Below are positions 53,461-63,248 of a stretch of DNA of 64,000 nt, piece after piece (the first letter of the stretch is position 1; every line of letters begins with the position of its first letter). The stretch lies in assembly GCA_041736465.1 (NCBI GenBank), contig JBGSTO010000317.1, forward strand, positions 2,547 through 66,546, in the 5' to 3' direction. Below the pieces are notes generated by a model. The model had not been told where the DNA came from and searched no databases. It saw only the letters and a list, made by a program, of their open reading frames with translations. A program made the position numbers and the translations under genes. The stretch is from Anaerolineales bacterium. GTDB lineage: Bacteria > Chloroflexota > Anaerolineae > Anaerolineales > UBA4823.

Positions 53461-54576
53461 ATGAAACAATCGAAATTCCACCTGACTTTTGCTTTTACCC
53501 TGCTCGGGTTGGTGCTAGCCTCTCTGCTCGCAGGCTGCAACCGGCCTAGCGGGCAATCTCAAACCACACCAACCCCCAATATCACCCAGGTTTACCAAAC
53601 CGTGGAAGCACGCCTGACCGTGAGCGCCAGCCTGCCGCTGGATTCGCCAACGCCTCAAGTCTCAGCGACGCAGCAAACAACGCCGGCACAAACCCCCATG
53701 ACACCCTCCCCTTCTGCGCCAGCCCCCTCCGCTACCGCGCAGGCGCCGCTGGCATCGGTCACCGCCCAACGGCTTTGCGATCAGGCCTCAGCAGGCACAC
53801 CGATCGATATCACGATTCCAGACGATACAACGGTGCAGGCTGGCCTGTCTTTCGTAAAAATCTGGCGCCTGGTAAATGTCGGCAGCTGTACCTGGGATAC
53901 ATCCTATGCAGCAGTATTCTTCTCTGGCGAGCAGATGGGAGCGCCGGCTGTGGTGCCGCTGAAGGGACAGGTTGCACCCGGGCAAAGCGTCGATATTTCC
54001 GTGGAAATGCTCGCACCATCAGCCTCCGGATCCTACCAGGGCAACTGGAAGCTGCGCAACGGCGCCAATGTACTGTTTGGCATCGGTCCGAACGGCAGTG
54101 CTCCTTTCTGGGTGCGCATCCTGGTATTGGCGACCGCTTCCGTTACCCCCAGCCCCAGCCCAACCAGCCCGCCGCCTTCGGTCACGCCTACAATCACGCC
54201 GTCACCCACCCAACCGCCCATTCAGGTGAGCGGGCCGGCACAATTGAATCCCAACGATCAGCTCGACCTGGATAGCTTGCAGATCAATCCCGGGACAGGA
54301 CAAGACCTTGTCTACGCACGCAACGCCAGCAGCCAGCTCACGCTAACCGCACTCGAAACAGCCGGTCTATCGGTCTTTGGAAGCTCACAACCGGATTCAC
54401 AGGCCTGCAAGGCCGACGATCTCAGCCAATCGCCGCTGCTGCTAGATGACTTGAGCAGCGGAACCTACCTGTGCTACCGCACCGGCGAGAACCGGGGAGG
54501 TTGGGCTCGCCTGGTCAGTTTCGACGCCGCCAGCGGCGTGCTCAACCTGGAGATCCTTACCTGGGCTTTGCCCTGA
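53461..54576 (+). CDS. secreted lipoprotein with an NBR1-like Ig domain
   Basis: ATG at 53461 (the track start at 53431 is GTG). Lipobox LLAGCN, two Pro/Thr/Ser linkers, and a central domain FVKIWRLVNVGSCTWD...YQGNWKLRN of NBR1/Ig-like type. Confidence 0.8.
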   Translation: MKQSKFHLTFAFTLLGLVLASLLAGCNRPSGQSQTTPTPNITQVYQTVEARLTVSASLPLDSPTPQVSATQQTTPAQTPMTPSPSAPAPSATAQAPLASVTAQRLCDQASAGTPIDITIPDDTTVQAGLSFVKIWRLVNVGSCTWDTSYAAVFFSGEQMGAPAVVPLKGQVAPGQSVDISVEMLAPSASGSYQGNWKLRNGANVLFGIGPNGSAPFWVRILVLATASVTPSPSPTSPPPSVTPTITPSPTQPPIQVSGPAQLNPNDQLDLDSLQINPGTGQDLVYARNASSQLTLTALETAGLSVFGSSQPDSQACKADDLSQSPLLLDDLSSGTYLCYRTGENRGGWARLVSFDAASGVLNLEILTWALP

Positions 54577-54593
54577 ACGGATGCCGGTAAATC

Positions 54594-55463
54594 ATGTCTA
54601 CCCTGTACCTGATTGCAACCCCGATCGGCAACCTGGAAGATATCACCGCACGCGCCCTGCGCTTGCTGCGCGAAGTGCGCCTGGTCGCCGCCGAGGACAC
54701 CCGCCATACAGCCAGGCTGCTGGCACACTATAAAATCCAAACCCGGCTCACCAGCTACTTCGAGCACAACAAGCTGAGCAAGATCGAACCGATCCTGGCA
54801 GAACTGGAGCAGGGTGATGTGGCGGTGGTGTCAGACGCCGGCACACCCGGGTTGAACGATCCGGGCTATGAATTGGTGCGGGCAGCACTGAAGGCCGGGC
54901 ATCAAGTCAGCCCTATACCGGGCGCCTGTGCGCCTATTGCCGCGCTGGTGGCTTCCGGGCTGCCCACCGACAGCTTCCTGTACCTGGGCTACCTGCCGCG
55001 CCGCCAGAGCGAACGCCGCCAACTGCTGCAAGGTATCGCCAGCCAGGCATCCACGCTGGTTTTCCTGGAGACGCCTCACCGCTTGCAAGCTGCACTCGTC
55101 GATTTGCTTTCCGTGCTGGGCGACAGGCAGATTGCAGTGGCGCGCGAGCTGACCAAACTGCACGAAGAAATCTTTCGCGGCTCGATGCATCAGGCTCACG
55201 AGCACTTCACCGCGCATGAGCCGCGCGGTGAGATCACGCTGGTAGTCGCCGGCGCAGCCAGTCTGGTCGCTCAGTGGAGCGAGATGGAATTGGAAACACA
55301 ATTGAAAATTTCCCTGGATCAGGGAGAAGCGCCCAGCCAGGCTGCTGCCAGACTGGCGGCGCTCTCTGGTTGGCCCCGCCGGGAGATCTACCGCCGCCTG
55401 ACACAGCAGCTGCAAAATACATCCCAAATGCCTCGGAAAGGAAGAAGCCATGAATCTGAATGA
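54594..55463 (+). CDS. rsmI: 16S rRNA (cytidine1402-2'-O)-methyltransferase
   Basis: 289 aa. N-terminus LYLIATPIGNLEDIT and a tetrapyrrole-methylase-like fold. Confidence 0.93.
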   Translation: MSTLYLIATPIGNLEDITARALRLLREVRLVAAEDTRHTARLLAHYKIQTRLTSYFEHNKLSKIEPILAELEQGDVAVVSDAGTPGLNDPGYELVRAALKAGHQVSPIPGACAPIAALVASGLPTDSFLYLGYLPRRQSERRQLLQGIASQASTLVFLETPHRLQAALVDLLSVLGDRQIAVARELTKLHEEIFRGSMHQAHEHFTAHEPRGEITLVVAGAASLVAQWSEMELETQLKISLDQGEAPSQAAARLAALSGWPRREIYRRLTQQLQNTSQMPRKGRSHESE

Positions 55464-56514
55464 CCCCGTCGCCTTTCAGAAGCTGGATCCCGGCAACATG
55501 CTCGGAGAAATCCACTCACTGCCAGAACAGCTCGAAGCTGCCTGGAAACTGGGCCATGAGCTGCCTCACCCAGGAATAAAAGACATCGACCGTATCGTGA
55601 TTGCCGGGATGGGCGGTTCTGCCATTGGGGCAGACTTGCTCTCGGCATACATCGCCCCGTTTTGCCCGGTTCCGGTATTCGTGCATCGCGATTACGACCT
55701 GCCTGCCTGGGCAGCGGGCGAGCGCACCCTGGTTATCGCCTCATCACACTCTGGTAACACGGAAGAAACATTGTCTGCAGCCCAAAAAGCTCTCCAAAAG
55801 GGCTGCCAGTTGTTTGTGTTGAGCACCGGTGGAAAGCTAGCTGAACTGGCTCGTGAACGGGAAGCCGCCCTCTGGCAGTTCGAGCATGCGGGTCAACCGC
55901 GTGCGGCGGTTGGCTATTCGTTCGGGCTGCTGCTGGCTGCCTTTACCCGCCTAGGTCTGGTCGCAGATCCCGGCGCAGAATTGGTCGACTGCCTGCAGGC
56001 CATGCGCGCTCAACGCGCCGCGTTGGAAGCCCAGGTGCCCGATACCCAAAACCTGGCTAAACGACTGGCAGGCCAGCTCGTCGGGCGTTATATAGCCGTT
56101 ATCGGTTCAGATATCCTGGCGCCGGTCGCCAGGCGCTGGAAAGGCCAATTCAGCGAAGTTGCCAAAGCCTGGGCGCAGTTCGAGTTTCTACCCGAGGCTG
56201 ATCATAATACCCTGGCGGGAATCATCAATCCAGAGCCGCGCCTGAACGATCTGGTTGTGCTGTTCCTGCAGTCGCCATCCGACCACCCACGCAACCGTCT
56301 GCGCAGTGAGCTAACGCGAAAAATCTTCATGCTCCAGGGGGTCGGCACAGACTTCGCAAACGCCCGTGGAAGCACACGGCTGGCCCACCTGTGGACCACT
56401 CTGCACCTGGGCGATTACATCGCCTACTACCTGGCTATGGCCTACCAGGTCGATCCAACGCCGGTAGATATGATCGAGAATCTCAAACGGGAAATGAAAG
56501 CCGCCGGAAACTAA
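55450..56514 (+). CDS. bifunctional phosphoglucose/phosphomannose isomerase (SIS domain)
   Basis: 354 aa. GMGGSAIGADL and SHSGNTEET motifs. It overlaps rsmI by 14 nt. Confidence 0.85.
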   Translation: MNLNDPVAFQKLDPGNMLGEIHSLPEQLEAAWKLGHELPHPGIKDIDRIVIAGMGGSAIGADLLSAYIAPFCPVPVFVHRDYDLPAWAAGERTLVIASSHSGNTEETLSAAQKALQKGCQLFVLSTGGKLAELAREREAALWQFEHAGQPRAAVGYSFGLLLAAFTRLGLVADPGAELVDCLQAMRAQRAALEAQVPDTQNLAKRLAGQLVGRYIAVIGSDILAPVARRWKGQFSEVAKAWAQFEFLPEADHNTLAGIINPEPRLNDLVVLFLQSPSDHPRNRLRSELTRKIFMLQGVGTDFANARGSTRLAHLWTTLHLGDYIAYYLAMAYQVDPTPVDMIENLKREMKAAGN

Positions 56515-56547
56515 AATCCCCCGCGGCTTGAGCTGAGCAAAACGGGT

Positions 56548-57057
56548 TTACCAGGCAATCAACAGAATCAACACGCCGGCAGCGCTGCCGAAGAATATAC
56601 CCGCCAAAACGTCGCTCACGTAGTGCACGCCCATGGCAGCGCGCGCCAGGGAAACCAGCGGAGCCCAAACCAGCAGCAGCGCTGCCCACCATACCGGGCC
56701 AGTGCCGGCTGCCAGCACTGCCAGCAAGGCAGCCCGGGCGGCGTGCCCGGAGGGAAATGAATGCGGATCCGTATTGCGATAAATCGCGCCCCACTCACCA
56801 GCCGGACGGCGCCGGCGGACCAGGTTTTTAACCACAAATACCAGCAAGGCAGTCGCCACGATGCTGCCTGCCATCAATACAGCGCGCTGCTGCCAGTAGC
56901 TGTTCCCTAAAAACCAGCAAAGTATAAGACCCGCCAGCCAAAACCAGGAGTCGCCAGAGTGCGCCAGAATTGCTGCCGCCCGGCGCAGCAATCCCGGTTT
57001 CTCTGCCACGCGTACGCGCCGGCTCAGTTCAGCATCCAGGCGAAGTAAAGGCTGCAT
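56548..57057 (-). CDS. PAP2-family phosphatase (membrane)
   Basis: Motifs K..RRRRP, PSGH and SRAAMGVHYVSD. I chose the ATG at 57057. The track start at 57072 is GTG and overlaps the upstream gene. Confidence 0.85.
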   Translation of the reverse strand: MQPLLRLDAELSRRVRVAEKPGLLRRAAAILAHSGDSWFWLAGLILCWFLGNSYWQQRAVLMAGSIVATALLVFVVKNLVRRRRPAGEWGAIYRNTDPHSFPSGHAARAALLAVLAAGTGPVWWAALLLVWAPLVSLARAAMGVHYVSDVLAGIFFGSAAGVLILLIAW

Positions 57058-57061
57058 AAGC

Positions 57062-57862
57062 CTAGGCGGCACCCCCCGCTTTGGGCTGTTGGCCCTGGCG
57101 CTGTGCCAGATCTGCTCTCATCATCTCCAGCTGGTGCGGTTTGTCGATGTCCATACCTACCTCTGCATATGGACATACGATCGCCCTCCCAGACAATTTC
57201 AACTTTCTAGCCACCTTGCCGACTGCCTTATCGATCGTGATTTGGCGCAGCAGCAAAAGCAGCAGCGTATCAAACCCAATTAACGACGCCTGCTTGAATA
57301 CATTCTTACGTGACTCGACTAGTTTGTCCCAAATCTCAGCATCCGACTGCGCCAGCGAGGCGCGCGCTACATTCATATCGCCTCCGCAGACTTCGGCGTC
57401 TTTCAGGCGGGTATAGGATCGTCTGGAATTTGGAAAGCGGGTCTCCATCACACTGCGCGGGATTACATTGTAATAAATGTCGTCATTCGTGCGCATGGCC
57501 TCCCGCACCACCCAATCCACCATATCAGCTGTAATTGCCGGGATGTCGGATGAAACGATCAGCGCGTGCCCGGTATCTGGTTTTAAGTCAATCAGCTTAA
57601 TCAAACCTGCCAGGATATTCTGAACCATATGTCCCTGGTTGGGCAGATAGACGCGTATCTTCGGGGAGGACAACCCGCTTCCTTGATCCACCCCGATGAG
57701 TACGATATCCTCAACCTCTTTGGAGGCTGTCAGGGCATCCAAAACCCACTGCGCCATTGGTTTTCCTGCAATATCGATGAGCGCTTTAGATTTCCCCTGA
57801 CTGTATTCATACAAAGGGTCGCCAGGCTGTGGGACCCCGCCGGCAGTGACAATCGCATCCAT
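57062..57862 (-). CDS. nucleotidyltransferase (MobA-like NTP-transferase fold)
   Basis: 266 aa. N-terminal AIVTAGG...GKSKALIDIAGKPM nucleotide-binding loop. The substrate is unknown. Confidence 0.75.
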   Translation of the reverse strand: MDAIVTAGGVPQPGDPLYEYSQGKSKALIDIAGKPMAQWVLDALTASKEVEDIVLIGVDQGSGLSSPKIRVYLPNQGHMVQNILAGLIKLIDLKPDTGHALIVSSDIPAITADMVDWVVREAMRTNDDIYYNVIPRSVMETRFPNSRRSYTRLKDAEVCGGDMNVARASLAQSDAEIWDKLVESRKNVFKQASLIGFDTLLLLLLRQITIDKAVGKVARKLKLSGRAIVCPYAEVGMDIDKPHQLEMMRADLAQRQGQQPKAGGAA

Positions 57863-57865
57863 TTT

Positions 57866-58771
57866 TTAATTCAACTCCTGCAGTTGGGGTTGGAAACCAA
57901 GCTGATCCAGCATGTCGTTGAGCTCTTTTCTGGTTAATGGGCGTGATTTTCCAGAGGCAGCGATCAGCGCAGCTTCCATCATGTTGGTGCCAAACGAGCG
58001 ACCATCCAGTACAGGCGTGGAGGTAACCAGGTATTTCACGCCAGCCTGGCGGAACATATCCTGATCCGCGGAAGTAGTGGTGTTGGTCGCAATGATCTTC
58101 CCGTCCAGGCGGTCAGGCATGTGACGCTTGATATAGTGGCAGTCCCCTGCAATCACCGTAGCCGAGTTATAAAATTTTTCCCATTTGGGAATCCGCTTTT
58201 CCTGCTTTTCACCCGTAGGATAAACCCACTCAAAGGGCAGTCTGCCTGCCAGCGGCATCAACCAGGCAGCCATAATCTTCAAGCTTCGTTCGCTGTGCAG
58301 TGCAATCGGAATACCCAGCCCAAACATCAAGTCGCCAAATACGCATTCATAGCCGGCATCCAGAAATGAACGCGTCATTCCCCAGCGATCCACGCCCAGG
58401 GTGACGAATGCGCGTTTACCCATGCTCAAGACATACTCGCCAACTTTGGCATCGATAACCTGGGCCATGCGGTTTTCGAGCGTATTTTTCAAGCCGGCGC
58501 CATCGACAACCGGGGTTTGCTTCACAAAGCGCACCATGGATTGTACAGAGTACAGCGGATACCATTTCTCATCGACCATTACGCCCAGGTCGGCGCCGCC
58601 TACGCCGAAGGCATCCACCTTGCCATCCAGTTCCCGGTACAGCTGGGCAGCCTTCTCCATATCCCCATCGGTGCCAATGCGCTCGATGCGTATCCGTTCA
58701 CCAAGCAGTTCAATCTCCACAGCCTTATCGCGCTTTGAGGAACCGATGCTGATACTCACCGCACGTTTCAT
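57866..58771 (-). CDS. conserved-looking soluble protein of unknown function
   Basis: I chose the ATG at 58771 (SD ggaggc). The track start at 58912 has none. 301 aa, MKRAVSISIGSSKRD...; I recognise no catalytic motif with confidence. Confidence 0.6.
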   Translation of the reverse strand: MKRAVSISIGSSKRDKAVEIELLGERIRIERIGTDGDMEKAAQLYRELDGKVDAFGVGGADLGVMVDEKWYPLYSVQSMVRFVKQTPVVDGAGLKNTLENRMAQVIDAKVGEYVLSMGKRAFVTLGVDRWGMTRSFLDAGYECVFGDLMFGLGIPIALHSERSLKIMAAWLMPLAGRLPFEWVYPTGEKQEKRIPKWEKFYNSATVIAGDCHYIKRHMPDRLDGKIIATNTTTSADQDMFRQAGVKYLVTSTPVLDGRSFGTNMMEAALIAASGKSRPLTRKELNDMLDQLGFQPQLQELN

Positions 58772-58823
58772 GTAAGCCTCCCAAGTTATGATGGGTACAA
58801 ATCGCTCGCTGCAGCAGATTTTT

Positions 58824-58858
58824 AGTATACTCTTAAGCTGAAAAAAGTGGTATACCAC
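58824..58858. promoter_or_regulatory. two GTATAC-centred palindromes in a divergent promoter region
   Basis: AGTATACT (58824-58831) and GTGGTATACCAC (58847-58858), both perfect palindromes, lie between the 57866-58771 operon and ilvE. Confidence 0.3.
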
Positions 58859-58974
58859 AGCAGCTCGCGATCTAAAACGCTCGAACGGACCGGCTATCAG
58901 GCCGAAGCTCAAGATGAGGTTATAATGAAACCATCCAACTTGCCAAAATCTGCGTTATTCAAAGGAGCCGGCAG

Positions 58975-59898
58975 ATGAATCTTCCCGTACACGCGTATTT
59001 TCAAGGAAAGATCGTCCCATACAGCGAAGCCAAAGTCGGGGTGCTTACCCATGGATTAAATTATGGCACCGCGGCGTTTGGCGGTTTGCGCGCTTACTGG
59101 AATGAAACACAGCAGCAGCTTTACCTCTTCCGCCCGCTGGAACATTATCGCCGGTTCCTGAATTCCGCCCGCCTGCTGTTGATGGAATTCGAGCATACGC
59201 CTGAAAGCCTGACTCAGGTGACCATTGACCTGCTGCGCGCCGACGGCAACCGGCAGGATGTTTACGTGCGCCCGCTGGCGTACAAAGAAGACGAAATTAT
59301 CGGTGTGAAGCTCCACGGTCTTCACGATGCGATTTCAATTGTTTCGATGCCTTTCGCTCTCTACGTGGCGAATGATACCAATGCGCATATTACGATCTCA
59401 TCCTGGCGCCGGGTGGATGACAATTCAATACCGGCGCGCGGCAAAATTGCCGGCGCTTACGTAAACTCCGCATTGATCAAGAGCGATGCGCTGCAGTCCG
59501 GTTTCGATGAGGCTTTGGTCTTGAACCAGGATGGTCACGTTTCGGAAGGCAGCGCGATGAACATCTTTATGCTGCGCGATGGCGTGGCGATCACGCCACC
59601 AGTGACCGACAACATCCTGGAAGGCATCACCCGCCGCACCGTCATGGAGCTGCTGCGTGAAGAGCTGGGCGTTCCTGTCGTCGAGCGGCCCATCGACCGC
59701 ACCGAAGTGTATCTTTGTGATGAGTTCTTCATGACCGGCACCGCTGCCCAGGTCACCGCGGTCACAAAAATCGATCACAGACCGGTCGGGGCTGGAGTTA
59801 TGGGCGCTGTGACCGCCCAACTGCGCATGATCTTTGATGACGTGGTGCGCGGGAGCAACCCCAAATACCAGTGCTGGACGGTGCCGGTATATCCCTGA
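58975..59898 (+). CDS. ilvE: branched-chain amino acid aminotransferase (class IV)
   Basis: 307 aa. Fold-type IV PLP enzyme sequence (EGSAMNIF, LEGITR). Confidence 0.93.
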   Translation: MNLPVHAYFQGKIVPYSEAKVGVLTHGLNYGTAAFGGLRAYWNETQQQLYLFRPLEHYRRFLNSARLLLMEFEHTPESLTQVTIDLLRADGNRQDVYVRPLAYKEDEIIGVKLHGLHDAISIVSMPFALYVANDTNAHITISSWRRVDDNSIPARGKIAGAYVNSALIKSDALQSGFDEALVLNQDGHVSEGSAMNIFMLRDGVAITPPVTDNILEGITRRTVMELLREELGVPVVERPIDRTEVYLCDEFFMTGTAAQVTAVTKIDHRPVGAGVMGAVTAQLRMIFDDVVRGSNPKYQCWTVPVYP

Positions 59899-60003
59899 TA
59901 AGCTGGTCGCACGCAGTGGGCACGCACAAGGATGACGGATCAAAAAAGGATGCCAGTCAGATCACACAGATCCAAAACGGCGCCCATAAAACCAGATAAA
60001 ATT

Positions 60004-60043
60004 TCGTGGAGCGGTGCAGCATATACCGCTCCACGATGCTTTT
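60004..60043. terminator. intrinsic terminator between the convergent ilvE and GNAT genes
   Basis: 11-bp stem tcgtggagcgg (60004-60014) / ccgctccacga (60026-60036), followed by tgctttt. An aaaattt run upstream could serve the opposite strand. Confidence 0.7.
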
Positions 60044-60052
60044 CAGTAATGC

Positions 60053-61426
60053 TCAGCTGACCGGCCAGACATCTGAATGCTTGCGTGGAAAGAGCACTTC
60101 CAGAAGCCCCCAGGCTGAATCTCCGACGTAGCAGTCTGGAAAGGCGTAGTCCAGCTCTTCGACCGAGCGGAATCCGAACAAAAGCTGCAAAAATGTCAGG
60201 TTGGGAAACGCCGCATCCCCTGAGCCTTTGCCAGGTGTGGGTTTCCAGGCCTCGACCAGGCTGAGCTTGCCCTGCTCGAAAACCATGCGCAGCCCGTCTT
60301 TGTAAAAAGTCAGCGTCAATTCTCCGCTGTAGCCGCTCAGGATGGATGCTTCCAGCCGCCGTTCCAGCGCCGGCGAGATCAAACGGATGAAGCCCGGCAA
60401 ATCTGGTACCCGGAGATACCAGGCGTATGGTTTACGCACACGCGGCAGCCGGTCGCGAACAGCGTGATACACCGGGTGGTCTTCGCCCATCCAAAATCCC
60501 CACGCGCCGAAAGGTTCTAGCCCGGCTTTCTGGGCTTGCGCATCTCCGGTGTTTTTCAAATAGCGGATCACTCCTGGTGTTACGGCTGCCCAGGAGATCT
60601 GCGGGGCAAGCTCATAAGCGGTTGCCACCAGGGTGGCGCCACGCGCCCAGTTGTAATGGGGATGCGCCAGATAACCAACCTGTCTCTCCTGAGGATCCTC
60701 GATGATGCACAGCACAGATCGATTGACATTCTCCGGCAATTTTCCCGACAACTCATAGCGCCACATTTCCAGGTCGCGCACGCAGCGGAGCGGGTAGCGC
60801 TGGCTGGCTTTATTGTACAAGTCGGTAATAAACGGCAGGTCTTTCTCTGCGGCTGGGCGCACCCGGTAGGGTTCCTCCTGGTCTTTTGCCAGCTTCGGTA
60901 CGTGTGGCAAATACCCCAGGCGCCCACCGCTCAATGACAGCGCCATCTCGTAACCAAACAACCGGTAGTAGTAGGGAATTCCCGTGATCGCCTGCAGTAT
61001 CTCCCCCTTCTCCGCGCTGAGGCGGTGGAGTTCTTCGAACTGAGCACGTACCAGACCCCGGTCGCGGTATTCCGGATGGGTGGCTACCAGCTCGGGCCTT
61101 CCCACCTTGAATTCTACCCCCTCGTAAGACCAGGTCTGGGAGATTAGATTCAACGATGAAACGATCTGCCCGCTGTGGGAATCTTCCACAAGCAGGTAAT
61201 CTTCGGGCTGGAACGTCGGGTGAGGGCGCGCCACCAGATCCAGGGTCCAGGCGCGTATCAACTCAGGGTCCTCGCCATCCTCGGGGCGGGGGAAGATTGA
61301 GGCATTGAAGTCTGCCAGCGCCTGCCCATCCTGGGCTGTCGCCCGGCGCATCACCAGACCACCATCCAATTTGCGCAGGATATGATGCTCCTGCAGCAGT
61401 TGTTTCTGCATGCTTGCTCTCCTCAT
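60053..61426 (-). CDS. GNAT-family N-acetyltransferase, large multi-domain (Eis-like architecture)
   Basis: 457 aa. Acetyl-CoA loop HPEYRDRGLVRAQF. The ATG at 61426 overlaps the pepF stop (ATGA). An alternative ATG at 61411 has SD gaggaga. Confidence 0.75.
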   Translation of the reverse strand: MRRASMQKQLLQEHHILRKLDGGLVMRRATAQDGQALADFNASIFPRPEDGEDPELIRAWTLDLVARPHPTFQPEDYLLVEDSHSGQIVSSLNLISQTWSYEGVEFKVGRPELVATHPEYRDRGLVRAQFEELHRLSAEKGEILQAITGIPYYYRLFGYEMALSLSGGRLGYLPHVPKLAKDQEEPYRVRPAAEKDLPFITDLYNKASQRYPLRCVRDLEMWRYELSGKLPENVNRSVLCIIEDPQERQVGYLAHPHYNWARGATLVATAYELAPQISWAAVTPGVIRYLKNTGDAQAQKAGLEPFGAWGFWMGEDHPVYHAVRDRLPRVRKPYAWYLRVPDLPGFIRLISPALERRLEASILSGYSGELTLTFYKDGLRMVFEQGKLSLVEAWKPTPGKGSGDAAFPNLTFLQLLFGFRSVEELDYAFPDCYVGDSAWGLLEVLFPRKHSDVWPVS

Positions 61427-63219
61427 AGAGATATGTAGCGTTCGATACGTTCTGCGATTGTTCCCAGGCTGCGTTCCCAGAAAAGCTGGCTGCGAATATC
61501 AATCCCAAATTCTGCTGCCAGATCGGCCGCTTGCTTCTCGCCGGTGCGCGCCAGCAGATTGACGTAATCGGGTACGAAAGCTGCGCCGCGTTCCTGGTAG
61601 ATGGCATACAAACCAAGCCCAAACAGCAGGCCAAAAGAATATGGGAAGTTATAGAACGACAGCTCCGGGCGGTAGTAATGGGGTTTCCAGGTCCACATAT
61701 ACGGCTGCAGGTAGCGTTCATCCAGGCCCTCGCCGTAGGCTGCTTTCTGCGCCTCAGCCATCAAACCGCACAGCTCCTGGGCAGATAACTCCGAGCTGGT
61801 TCGCCGCTCGAACACCTGCTTCTCGAACAGGTAGCGCGAGTAGACATCCACGATTACCTGAGCGTCTCCAATCAAAGAAGTCTCCAGGATAGCCAGCTCT
61901 TGCGCAGGATCGCTCACTTGCGCCAGAGCAGCATTGATCACGATGGTTTCACACAGGATCGAGGCGGTTTCTGCCAGCGTCATGGGTATGCTTCGCTGTA
62001 GAGCCGTCTTACCGGCGCGGAACAAGGCTTCATTGTGATAGGCGTGGCCCAGCTCATGTGCAATGGTAAATACGCCATCCAGAGAGTGGTCGAAGTTGGT
62101 CAAGATGCGCGATTCCTGGACGGCAGGCAAGCCCATACAGAATGCGCCGCCGCGTTTGCCATCGCGCGGCTCAACGTCGATCCAGCGCTGGTCAAAGGCG
62201 CGCTGCGCCAGCGCCTGCAAATCCGGAGAGAAGTTCGCGAAATGTTCGAGGATGAATGCTTGCGCACCGGCATAGTCGTACGTTGCACCTGGCTTCCCAC
62301 TGGGAGCGAAAACATCCCACCAGGGAAGCTTCTCATGCCCCAGCCGTCTGGCTTTGGCCTGGAAGTAGCGGCGAAATACCGGCAAGGAGCCCTGTATGGC
62401 GCTCAACATGGCTTCCAGCGATTCCCGATCGATGCGCGCCTGGTCAAGGGCAGTGTGCAGATCATCCTGCCTGCCCCTGCGCCGGTTCAATGTGCCAACC
62501 GCACCCTTGACGCCGTTCATAGCCGCTGCCAGAGGCTCCTGCACGCTTTCCCAGGCTTTTATCTCCGCATGGTAGGCTCTCTGGCGAGTTTTTGCATCCG
62601 GATGAGAACGCAGGTTGATCAACGCGGTGACCGGCAGGCGCTGCACACGCCCGTCCAGCTCGAAGTCAACGCTCAGCTGCGATGTTACGGTCCCTTGCAG
62701 TTTGCTCCACGCCTGGGCGCCGCTCAAACTCAGCTCAGCCGCCAGGCTTTCTTCCGCTGTCGACATCAGGTAGCGGCTTTGCTGGGCAATCTCCCGCAGC
62801 GCAAATGCATGCTCTGCAACAGTTTTATTCCGGGCGATAACCTCTTCCAGCTCGCGGCTGTGGCGTCCCAGGAGCGCCTGGAAACGAGTGCGCGAGTCCA
62901 GCAGGTGAGCATTCATTTTTTCCAGCTCAGACAGCCGGCGTTTTGCCAGGGCATCGTAGGAATCGGTGGTCACGAAAGCCCTTATATACGATCCCAGTGT
63001 TGCTGAAAGAGTCAGCGCGGCGTTGAACCGGTCGATCATCTTTCCGATCCATTCTGCCAGGTCGGGGATATCACGCTCCGCGACCGGGAAGGCGTCTTCG
63101 ATTTCTTTCAGCATTCCATCCAGGCGTTGGATATCCTCCAAATAACTTTGCGCTTCCAGGTCTGGATACACGTTCGAGACATCCCAACCAGATAGAGCTG
63201 TATCAGTAGAAGTGGTCAT
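61423..63219 (-). CDS. pepF: M3-family oligoendopeptidase F
   Basis: 598 aa. Zinc motif HELGHAYH and overall PepF-like sequence. Confidence 0.92.
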   Translation of the reverse strand: MTTSTDTALSGWDVSNVYPDLEAQSYLEDIQRLDGMLKEIEDAFPVAERDIPDLAEWIGKMIDRFNAALTLSATLGSYIRAFVTTDSYDALAKRRLSELEKMNAHLLDSRTRFQALLGRHSRELEEVIARNKTVAEHAFALREIAQQSRYLMSTAEESLAAELSLSGAQAWSKLQGTVTSQLSVDFELDGRVQRLPVTALINLRSHPDAKTRQRAYHAEIKAWESVQEPLAAAMNGVKGAVGTLNRRRGRQDDLHTALDQARIDRESLEAMLSAIQGSLPVFRRYFQAKARRLGHEKLPWWDVFAPSGKPGATYDYAGAQAFILEHFANFSPDLQALAQRAFDQRWIDVEPRDGKRGGAFCMGLPAVQESRILTNFDHSLDGVFTIAHELGHAYHNEALFRAGKTALQRSIPMTLAETASILCETIVINAALAQVSDPAQELAILETSLIGDAQVIVDVYSRYLFEKQVFERRTSSELSAQELCGLMAEAQKAAYGEGLDERYLQPYMWTWKPHYYRPELSFYNFPYSFGLLFGLGLYAIYQERGAAFVPDYVNLLARTGEKQAADLAAEFGIDIRSQLFWERSLGTIAERIERYISL

Positions 63220-63248
63220 CTCATCTCCCTAATAGAATGTTGTGACAG

